Of a stretch of DNA of 64,000 bases, positions 33,258 through 44,278 are shown piece by piece. The first letter of the stretch is position 1. The number at the start of each line of letters is the position of its first letter. The stretch spans positions 373,054,001-373,118,000 of the forward strand of contig OZ024740.1 in NCBI GenBank assembly GCA_964016885.1. Reading direction: 5' to 3'. Source of the stretch: Eledone cirrhosa. Its lineage: Eukaryota. Under the pieces are notes generated by a model that was not told where the DNA came from, searched no databases, and was given only the letters and a program-made list of their open reading frames with translations. The translations under genes were made by a program, and so were the position numbers.

Positions 33258-34246
33258 ATGTCTTCCTCAGCGATCTGAGGAAGACATGATTCCACATTTT
33301 AAAGGAAAGGTGCTGATATGTCGCAAATAACGAGGAGATATAGATATGTCAGATATTGACAAGTTTATGCCACTGTTGATGGATAAGGAAGAAGAGGGAA
33401 TGTGACGCCCATACGACAACATGGAAATATTGCTGTTGTCTACATAAAATACAACAAGCTCTATCTTGTGTCAACTTCCAAGAAAAATGCTAGTGCCACT
33501 ATGGTCTTTTCTTTTTTACATAAAACTACAGATTTTTGCTGAATATTTTAAAGAATTAGGAGAAGAAAGTATCCGTGATAATTTTGTAGTCATTTATGAG
33601 CTTTTGGATGAAATAATGGATTTTGGTTATCCCAGACCACAGATAGTAAAATATTACAGGAGTATATAACTGAAGAAGGCCACAAACTAGAGATTGCCCC
33701 CGACCTCCAATGGCTGTCACTAAGGCAGTATCATGTAGATCGGAGGGAATTACATACATGAAGAATGAGGTTTTCCTGGATGTGATTGAATCGGTCAATT
33801 TATTGGTGAGTGCTAATGGCAATGTTCTGCGTAGTGAAATTGTTGGCTGCATCAAGATGCGATTTATCTGTCTGGGATGCCAGAGCTACGACTTGGTCTC
33901 AATGATAAGGTGCTCTTTGAGAGTACTGGAAGAGGAAAAAGCAAGTCAGTAGAGCTGGAAGATGTGAAATTCCATCAGTGTGTTCGATTGTCAAGGTTTG
34001 AAAACGATCGCACCATTTCATTCATTCCCCCAGATGGAGAATTCGAACTTGTCTTATCGCTTAACCACCCATGTGAAACCTCTGATTTGGGTTGAGTCTG
34101 TGATTGAGCGCATGCTTATAGCCATGTTGAATATATGATTAAAACTAAAAGTCAGTTCAAGCGCCGTTCCACCACAAACAATGTGGAAATCATCATTCCA
34201 GTTCCACAAGATGCTGACTTCCCTAAATTCAAGACCACTGTTGGAT
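33258..34246 (+). pseudogene. AP1M1: Processed pseudogene of AP-1 complex subunit mu, 3'-truncated
   Basis: Intronless, with stops and frameshifts: [106 protein letters not shown]; ends at KFKTTVG. Confidence 0.95.
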
Positions 34247-34281
34247 GTGAGAAAAACCACAGGCCCTCCATCTCAACTCTA

Positions 34282-34319
34282 CTTTTGAAAAGCAGAAGAA
34301 CAGCGAAACCGGTAAAAGG
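34282..34319 (+). ncRNA. Minimal hammerhead-like remnant
   Basis: ctt TTGAAAA gc agaagaaca gc GAAAC cg GTA aaag; palindromic ACCGGT stem III; non-canonical core and weak stems. Confidence 0.4.
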
Positions 34320-34412
34320 AACCAAATATATATATATTTTTTTTTAAAAATAAGACTCCAATTGCATTTTCGATTTCATTTTTTTTTCTTTATATATATA
34401 TATATAAATATA

Positions 34413-34450
<38 letters not shown>

Positions 34451-34953
34451 TATATATGTATATATATAAATATATATATATATATTTATATAAATATATT
34501 TATACATATATGCATATACATATATATATATATATATATATGTGTGTCTGTTTGTGTATGCGTGTGTACGTATTGTACGTTGTATCATATTCGGGAAGTT
34601 TAAGAAAAATAATTGGGGGCCTTTTACTATGAATGTTTAAGTTTGTAACAAACGTCACACATCTATCTTCAGTAAAAGTGGGGAGGTAATCGACAATGTT
34701 TAGTTGCTCTTTGATTTAAGTTTAATATATGCTGAGGTTAATATATGCTAGAATCTTATAGAGTTCTGCTTTTCTTTATGAGCTGATGAAGCTCATTTGT
34801 ATTCGGAGCGGTGGCCTGCCAGGCTTGAAAAAAAAACAAAACATATTGATGTGCTCAATAGCGAAACCCCTGATATGTGTTTAGTATACAACCCGTATAA
34901 TATTCAATATACAAAACGTACATCTATAAGTATATAAATATGTTGGAGCACTA

Positions 34954-35304
34954 ATACATACATACATACATGATGGCTGCCCCCTCGTTATAGTGTATGG
35001 CCATTGCACGATATGCCATTATTAATAATAATTAATGAATTCTGTCGTGCAATGCCTGTGCGTGAAGATAATTTTTAAAGTGAGGAAAGAATGTGCACTG
35101 AGCCAAACCCTCTCTCTGTGGAAAAGAAGAAAATATCAACATCATAGGTAACTACTGAGCCACAGGTTTTATATCGGAGTTATCCCAGTTTCCTGAGTTG
35201 ACGTCTACTAGAAGAATGCCCTGACAAAGGCTAGGGGTCCTTCGCTCCCAGTGGTTTAACCGCGCAAACGGGTGTCTAGCCCGACTATTTCTATGTCCCC
35301 GCGC
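34954..35304 (-). mobile_element. Short non-coding element, probably a non-autonomous LINE derivative (5' UTR plus 3' end)
   Basis: 5' 140 nt share architecture with the LINE 5' UTR at 39589-39734; ends in an (ATGT)n tail; no ORF. Confidence 0.5.
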
Positions 35305-35404
35305 ATATACATACACATGCACCCATGTATATACACATATACATACATATGTATATACATACATACTTACATACATACATACACGCACATACATACACAC
35401 ATAC

Positions 35405-35487
<83 letters not shown>

Positions 35488-35489
35488 CA

Positions 35490-35740
35490 AAGTTGAGTGG
35501 TTAGTGTGTTAGGCCTGCGATCGTGAGGTTGTTAGTTCCATTTGTGGAGGGGTGATGAGTTGTGTACTTGAGCAAAACACTTTATTTTACGTTGCTCCAG
35601 TTTACTCAGCTACAAAACCATGTTGTGATGTCAATGGTGCCAAGCCGTATCGGCCATTGCCTTTCGCCGACATCAGTGAGTGGAGACGATTCTGCATGGG
35701 CGACTGCTGCTCCTCTATAAATAATCTTGTGCCGGTGTTA
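35490..35740 (+). mobile_element. tRNA-derived SINE with CORE-like body
   Basis: gagtggttag box A-like head followed by ttgagcaaaacactttattttacgttgctccagtttactcagct. Confidence 0.65.
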
Positions 35741-35765
35741 TAATATATACTAATAAAAACGAATA

Positions 35766-35837
<72 letters not shown>

Positions 35838-35940
35838 CTCTAAGGACCTACCTTATCGAGTGCTTTGCTAACTCGTTATTTCATATAAGTAGGCCGAATT
35901 TGCTTGCAAACCGCCAGAGATTCGATTTTACTAAATTTCC

Positions 35941-36003
<63 letters not shown>

Positions 36004-37272
36004 AAAATATATACACATACATATATATATATATGTGTGTGTATGTATGTGTATATGTGTTTGAGTGTGTGTGAATATCAGTGTGAATGCCTGTGTGTTT
36101 ATGAGAAAAATGCAAAACGAAATACAAAAAACAAAAAAATAATAATCAATGGTACATTGTTGCTATATCTATTAATTGATGCAGTATGTTCTTGTACAAT
36201 TCAGATATTTCAATCCTGGTATACACACATGAGTTCATGATCTAATTTATTTCGGTTTTGTTTAGCCCTAGGTCATCTATATGGCTAGATAGCAACATTG
36301 AGTCATTTGTGGCCAAATGTATTGTAACTTTAACTATTGCGCCTTTAATGAGGTATTCGACTATATTTTCTAACTACAGGCTTCCACCTCTGAAACATTT
36401 GGCTACTACGTTTAACGGTACAACGATCACATAGATCCACTTGAAGAGTATTAGCGCGGTAAGAATAAATTCGACAGCTGTTTTCATTGTCTTCTTGTAA
36501 TATGTTACAATAGAGTCACTTTACACCGTAGCTGATAACATTGTTTCTTAGATTGCGATTACTTGTGTCACTACTCATGACACACTATTGTCACTGGAAT
36601 CAGTGATTTCCCCATGCCCATATCTTTTAAATTAATGAATTATTTTACATTTTGACGTATTATTATTTTCCTTATTTTCGACTCTTCACATATGAAATTA
36701 ATCGTTCTATATCATGTGAATCCGTATTTCATTTCAGTATTTGACGGCTATGAGACGCATCTCAATTTGGGCAGGCATCTCAAAAAATAATAAATGGGTT
36801 TAAAATACGAATGTCAGGTGAAGGTTATAAATATTACACAATGTATTTTATATCATTCTACATCATGATTCAACCTATAATATTTTAGTATATGTTTAGA
36901 ACATATGGAAGAATAAACATTTAATTTCTGTGCCATTGCATCACTAGATCTCCACTAGCTAGTAACCCAAACGGACCCTTTACATTATAAAGCACAGAGT
37001 AATTTTCTGGGACATTTTTTAGAAAAAAGGAAAGTGCCTCCTATAATTCGTTAAATACAGTATATATTGAAATACACAAGACCCTCAGAGACGTATTGAT
37101 CGAAACGTAGTAAAAATAAATATTTAAAGAAATATAATAACTTGAAAACTAGATATATGTGCGTGATTCCCTTGCCCATCCATTTATTTATTTGTTGCTC
37201 TCTCTTTTTCTTTATTTGTTTATCTATCTTTCTATCTATCGCTCTTTTCTTTCTCTTTCTCTCTCTCTTCAT

Positions 37273-37395
<123 letters not shown>

Positions 37396-38157
37396 ATGCG
37401 CATTAGTTCAATGTTCGATCTGTATTGATCTGAACCGACTCTGGTATCAATCGCGAAACGTGCGACACAACTCAATAAACGTAATATACCTTCCTTTTGC
37501 TTTCCCTTTTTTTGTCTCCGCCTTTCTCCCTCCACTTTACTCATCCCTGTCTCTTATTTCTCAAATTCTGTAGGTAGCAGCATTTCTTTTCTTTAACCTC
37601 ACCTCCTAGTCAAGTGTTGACGAAAGGCAATTTTCATTCTTTCTTCCAGCGTTGGTATGCTGATTGGTTTGCATGTTAAGTCAGTGTCTCTTTATTTTTA
37701 ATAATATGTCATGTATTTATCACTGTTTTCCTTGAGATACACTCATAAATGTTTCAGTCGAATAATTTTTTTTTTTTTTCGTCTATCATCCACGTTACTG
37801 GGAGACAGTTTCCCAAGATGTTGCGCAAAATGGCATTGAAATTACAATAGTACGCCAGAAAGTCTTACAATGGAGTAAGATATTGGAGACTAGACATCTA
37901 TTTATGGCAGTTAAGATATAACAAGTAAACATAGTCCTTTATATGACGTCAGGAAAATTGCTTCATTTAGAAGGAATATCACGGGGATGAAACAAAGAAA
38001 AGACAAGAAGAAAAAGAAAGGAAGGAAAAAAGAAACCCAGCTCACTAAAAATTAAAAAGGTTCCAATGCAAATCGTTGAATAACTCGGAAAATAGTACAA
38101 GCTTACATGAACGATGTAAACCACGTCTTGAAACCACGATTGACCAGGTAAGATGAT

Positions 38158-38158
38158 G

Positions 38159-38218
<60 letters not shown>

Positions 38219-38245
38219 TTAATAATAATAATAATAATAATAATA
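38158..38245. repeat. (TAA)n microsatellite
   Basis: Directly visible. Confidence 0.98.
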
Positions 38246-38775
38246 AGAGAGAGAGGAGACTGTGGCTCACATTGTATCCGAGTGTAAACACCAAGCCCAG
38301 ACTCACTATAAGGGCTGGAGACATGATGTGATGGGCAGGGTGATCCACTGGCACCTATGCAAAGTAAACAATTTGCCACATGCTGAGAAGTGGTATGAAC
38401 ATAAGCCAGAGGCGGTGATAGAAAACGATCAGGTGAAGGTGCTGTGGGATTTTAGGATACAAACGGACAAGAAACTGGAACACAATAGACCTGACCTGGT
38501 GGTTGAGGACAAAGAAAAAAGATCGTGCCTGATTGTGGATGTGGCCTGCCTATTCGACACGAGAGTGCAGGAGAAGGAGAGTGAGAATATTAACCGATAC
38601 CAGGACTTAAAGTGGGAGGTAAAAAGGATTTGGAATTGCCATGAAGTCAAAGTGGTCCCGATTGTCATAAGCGCACTAGGTACTATCTCAAAAAGTTTCC
38701 AGGGATGGTTAAAGAAAATTGGTCCCTTTACGCTTTTTGGAACGCTTCAAAAGGCATGCTTGCTGGGCTCACATA
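38246..38775 (+). mobile_element. 5'-truncated R4/Dong-like LINE (CCHC tail plus restriction-like endonuclease), second family
   Basis: ETVAHIVSEC..RHD..IHW..NRPDLVV..IVDVAC..RYQDL..VVPIVISALG..LQKACLLG; abuts (TAA)n. Confidence 0.9.
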
Positions 38776-39588
38776 TTCAACTATTCAACTTTGTATTGTA
38801 CAGTGTATATTCAAAAAAGAAAATGGCTATAAATGGAAGAAGAACCCCCCCCCCTCCTCTGTCTACGCTATATAGAACAGCCAGACAACACCAATCTCAC
38901 CAACACCAGAAACGAGATACAACACCTACCCCATCACCTCTCTGTGTACACTAAACACGACAGCCAGATAACGGCAATTTCACCACCACCACTCACTACT
39001 GCCATCATTACCACCACTATCTCATCACCGCCGCCACCACTCCTTCATTGCTACCACCGCTACAACACCATCACTACAGTAATACGATCACATCACCGCA
39101 ACCACTGCCTCGGTATCGACATCACCACCACCACTGTCTCAGTATCGATACCGCCGCTACTGTCTCCCACATCTCCCCGCCGCCACCACTCATTCAATGC
39201 TACCGCCACTATTCCCCTGTTAACTTGATGGAGAAAGGGGAAGGTGGCGGTATCACTAGACAAGAGAGAGGCTAGCAAAAGATATAAATAGATTGACTTA
39301 GTGACCTAGCCACGGCCGAACGTCAACATCAACAACTATGCGACTGCTGGCTCACCCCTTCCTCACCAACAATATAAAAAGCCCCGGCACCACCACCGAC
39401 ATAGCCAACAACAATAACAGCCAACTACAACAAAAAGTATATTATATGATTGTAATGCACTGGGTGATTGCTGGCCTTGTGCCTGGAGTGGAGACAATTA
39501 TTAATAATTTCATTCTTAAGCCACGCAATGCTCACATTAAGAAACCACTCATGATAATAACAATTTAAAAAAAACAACAAAAAGAAAA

Positions 39589-39734
39589 CCCCGTGACCAA
39601 GAAATACCGGGATGGCGGCCGGCGGGGAATAGCCGTGTCTCTAGGGGAGAACGACCCCTCTAGTCTTGGTTGACACTCGTTCTAGAAGTGGTAACACGAA
39701 ATGATTACCCCTTGGCGGATAAGGATAAAACCCG
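39589..39734 (+). ncRNA. Candidate multi-pseudoknot structured RNA in the LINE 5' UTR
   Basis: Eight complementary pairings read by eye; covarying homologue at 35163-35304 (-). Confidence 0.6.
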
Positions 39735-39748
39735 ACAAAATAAAGTAA

Positions 39749-42700
39749 ATGTCTAATGATAAAATATCATACCGGATCGGCCGTCACCCGGGTAAAAAAG
39801 GGCCGCGTCCCTCAGAGAGGAACCAGACTGGGGTCGAAAAATCAGCTAATGGTTCAAACCTTCCCATCACTTCGGAGCTGGAGACCTCCCATAACCGGAA
39901 TACTCCTACTGCTGGCCCTCCATGCTCACCACCAAGAAATCCAAAGAAAAAGAGAGAAAAATGGTCAAGGGAAGATAATAAAGAAATCCTTCAGGCTTTC
40001 TACACTGCCATGTACTACCCATCAAATACATCGAATATAGAACAGACATATATCAACTGGAAAAAGAAACATCCCGAAAACAGAGGCTATATTGACAGTA
40101 ACAAACTAGTAAATATACGAAGAAATATTGTAAGAAAAAAGTTACTAACTGATATAGAAATTGATCAGATCAAGCTATTAGCACAAAGTCAGCGAAGGGA
40201 AAATGAAACATGTGTCAGTGAAAACGAGGTAAACTGTAACACTTCGAATCCCAGGGTTGGGGCGGAATCACTGGCAACAGAACAAATTAAAGAAAGGATC
40301 GAAAAAGTGGAGGGAGTGCATGCTCAGGATGAAACTCCAAATGAAAATAATGAGATCGTAAATGATAAAGAAATGAATGAGAATGAACTTGCCAACTTGA
40401 AGGATGAAATTATGATCGAATGGATGAAAATGAAAGAATCTGACATGGGGCAACGAGACACCCTCCCTAAGATCTAGAACTCCAAACAGAACCAAAAGAT
40501 AATACACAAGACTAACATAATTCTCAAAAACATTATCATCACAAACAAACTAAACATTACTGATTTAAATCATCTCTATTATGCATCGGCTAAAGTCACC
40601 ACTCACTTATGTGGAGTGAAGATGAAAAAACAAAGGAATTCCCACAAGAAATCTACTTGGCAAGAGAACATCAATCGCCAAATAAACCTTCTCTGATCTG
40701 ACATAGAAATGTTAACAAACTATAAAGTAGGTGAACATGTTAAACAAACTAAACTTAGAAAATTGAAAAAAAAGTACAGTATAAAATCAACATGTGACAT
40801 AGACATGCTGATAGAAATAATCAAGCAAAAAGTGTCGGCCAAAGCTGCTCGTATAAGGCGCTTTGAAAAACGATCTAGATTCTATAAGGACAATAATATG
40901 TTCAAAAACAACCAAAGAAACTTCTACAGAAAAATTGGTAAGTCAACAATAACTGCTAAATCAATACCACCCAAGGAGGAAGTGCAAGAATTCTGGGAAA
41001 AGATCTGGGCCGAAGAAAAAGTTCATAACATACATGCACCATGGATAGACAGACAAATGAAAGATACAGCTCACCTTGAGGAACAAACATGGGAAAATAT
41101 AACAGTTGAACAGTTGCGCTTGGCTCTAAGAAAAACCAGCAAATGGAAATCCCCAGGAAAAGAGAAAATACAAAACTTTTGGATAAATGCCTTCACAGAG
41201 TCTCATCAGCTGTTAGCCCAACTTTACAATGAAATAGTTAAGGAGCCAGAAAAGATACCTTCATGGCTAGTTAACGGCATTACATTCCTGCTTCCGAAGA
41301 ATGATGAGACAAACAATCCCAAAAATTACAGACCGATAACTTGCTTGACCACAATGTATAACATTTTAACATCAGTCCTAACTGAATACACATATGACCA
41401 CCTGATAACAAATGACCTATTTCCCATTGAGCAGAAAGGGTGTAAACGAGGCTCATATGGCTGTAAGGATCAGCTTCTGGTTAACAAAATGATACTGGAA
41501 GATTGTCATAATAGACACAAAAATCTATCGATTGCTTGGATAGATTATAAAAAAGCATTTGATAGTTTGCCACACAGTTGGATTGAAAAATGTTTAGAGA
41601 TTTTCAAAGTATCCCCCGTTGTCAGGAGGTTTTTGTCATTCAGTATGAAGACATGGAAAACGACACTCCTTTTGATTAGTGAAACAAAATCACTGGAAGC
41701 TGGAGAAGTTAATATTAATTGTGGAATTTTTCAGGGTGACTCTTTATCACCGCTTTTATTCTGCATCGCACTTATACCATTAAGTAAAATGTTCAATGAA
41801 ACAAAACATGGATATAGAGCCTATGACAAAACTATTAATCACCTGTTCTACATGGATGACCTGAAACTATTTGCAAAAAATGATGAACAATTGCAAGGGC
41901 TATTATCCACTGTGAAGCAGTTCAGTGATGACATTAAAATGGAGTTTGGACTAGATAAATGCGCCAAAGCAACGTTCACCAGAGGAAAGCTGCTGAAGAG
42001 TTCAGACATTAATCTTGATCGGGGGAACGTGATAAGAGAACTTGATCAAGAAAAAACTTACAAATATCTAGGTGTTTGTGAAGGAGACGGAATCAAGCAC
42101 TCGACAATGAGGGAAAGGATAAGGAAGGAATGTTACCGCAGAGTAAGAGCAATCTTAAGAACGGAATTGAATGCAAGGAATAGGATCGATGCCATAAACA
42201 CGCTTGCCATACCAGTAGTAACCTACAGTTACAATGTCATCAACTGGTCAAGCACAGAGATCCGTAGGCTCGATACAAAAATTCGAAAATTCTTAACCAT
42301 GCACAGAATGCATCACCCTAAAGCAGATATAGATAGAATATATCTCCCTAGGAAAGAAGGAGGACGTGGGTTAATCCAGTTAGACATTGCGTTGAAAAGT
42401 GCAACGCTTGGATTATCTACATATCTAAGGGAATCACATGATTGGATGATCAAACTCGTTTTGAAACACGAAAGCATCAAAAGATCATATTCCATTACAA
42501 AAGATGCACAAAGATACAGTAATGGACTACAAATTTCAGAAGTCCCATTTACTGCTGAAATGGAAAACACAGAAAAAGCAAAGCAGGTAAAAGTAACTGC
42601 AAAGAAAGAACTGCTACAGAAACTGGCTAAGAAATGGCAAGAAAAGCCTCTGTATGGAAAATACCCAGAGCGAGCTAACAATCCTGATGTTGACAAAACT

Positions 42701-43399
42701 TTAACCCATCAGTGGTTGGCATCCTCTGGACTGAAATCGGAGACTGAAGGACTGATTATATCGGCACAAGATCAGTGTCTGCCAACAAAAAATTACCAAG
42801 CCAACATAATAAAAATTGGGTGCAGCCCATTATGCCGTGTATGCAAAAAACAACCAGAGACCATTGACCATATAATTTCAATGTGCAGTCCTATAGCTCC
42901 AACCGAATACCTAAACAGGCATGACAGAGCTGCACAATACATACATTGGATAATGTGTAAGCATTTTGACCTGCCCCATCAAAAGAATTGGTGGGAGCAT
43001 CAATCACCTCCCATACTTGAAAAAGATCACATCTCAATCTTGTGGAACTTTAGCATCCAAACAGACCGAAAAATAGATGCAAACAGACCTGATATAATAT
43101 TGAAAGACTTTCAAAATAGGGTATGCCTGCTAATTGATATGTCTGTTCCAATAGACAAGAATGTATCTATAAAAACATTTGAAAAATTGAGCAAGTATAA
43201 GGACCTGGTGATAGAAATTGGAAAAATGTGGAAATTGAGAACTAAAACAATACCAGTGGTTGTAGGCGCTCTGGGAATGATACGTAAGGGGTCTAATGAT
43301 TACATATCGCAAATCCCAGGAAACACGCGTATAGGAGAAATACAAAAGATAGTACTAATGGGAACTGCCCATATACTAAGGAAGATTCTGTCAATATAA
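39749..43399 (+). pseudogene. R4/Dong ORF (RT, zinc knuckle, RLE) interrupted by two in-frame stops
   Basis: ORFs 39749 and 40709 share one frame; TAG 40475-40477 and TGA 40694-40696; motifs NYRPITCL, IDYKKAFDS, GIFQGDSLSP, YMDD, CRVC..HIISMC, NRPDII..IDMS..K..KY. Confidence 0.93.
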
Positions 43400-43568
43400 G
43401 TATATCACAAGTCTAAACACTAAAGATGCATGTGTGAATATGTATGTTCTTTCTTGAACATGGCGGACCTTGTTGTCTCTTGAGGTCACTGGTTGTGACT
43501 TGGTGATAACTCGTATGAACATAAAGCAAGATAAATGTAACTGTAATAATAATAATAATAATAATAAA

Positions 43569-44278
43569 TTGGAAATTGGAAAAATGTGGAAATTGAGAAC
43601 TAAAACAATACCAGTGGTTGTAGGCGCTCTGGGAATGATACCTAAGGGGTCTAATGATTACATATCGCAAATCCCAGGAAACCCGTGTATGGGAGAAATA
43701 CAAACGATAGTACTAATGGGAACTGCCCATATACTAAGGAAGATTCTGTCAATATAATTACATCACAAGTCTAAACACTAAAGATGCATGTGTGAATATG
43801 TATGTTCTTTCTTGAACATGGCGGACCTTGTTGTCTCTTGAGGTCACTGGTTGTGACTTGGTGATAACTCGTATGAACATAAAGCAAGATAAATGTAACT
43901 GTAATAATAATAATAATAATAATAAATTGGAAATTGGAAAAATGTGGAAATTGAGAACTAAAACAATACCAGTGGTTGTAGGCGCTCTGGGAATGATACC
44001 TAAGGGGTCTAATGATTACATATCGCAAATCCCAGGAAACCCGTGTATGGGAGAAATACAAACGATAGTACTAATGGGAACTGCCCATATACTAAGGAAG
44101 ATTCTGTCAATATAATTACATCACAAGTCTAAACACTAAAGATGCATGTGTGAATATGTATGTTCTTTCTTGAACATGGCGGACCTTGTTGTCTCTTGAG
44201 GTCACTGGTTGTGACTTGGTGATAACTCGTATGAACATAAAGCAAGATAAATGCAACAATAATAATAATAATAATAAT
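43569..44278 (+). repeat. Two extra tandem copies (358-bp period) of the R4/Dong 3' end
   Basis: Units 43569-43926 and 43927-44278, each ending in (TAA)n. Confidence 0.95.

Larger units (their letters stand above)
39589..43567 (+). mobile_element. Near-full-length R4/Dong-clade non-LTR retrotransposon
   Basis: Structured 5' UTR, single reading frame with RT, CCHC and RLE domains, 3' UTR, (TAA)n tail. Confidence 0.93.

Noticed and set aside
34778-34872. CTGATGA...GCGAAAC as a hammerhead
   Set aside because: No convincing stem II closure, stem III or cleavage triplet
40694-40696. In-frame TGA as selenocysteine or programmed readthrough
   Set aside because: A TAG also interrupts the frame, the context fits a CGA-to-TGA change, and no SECIS was identified
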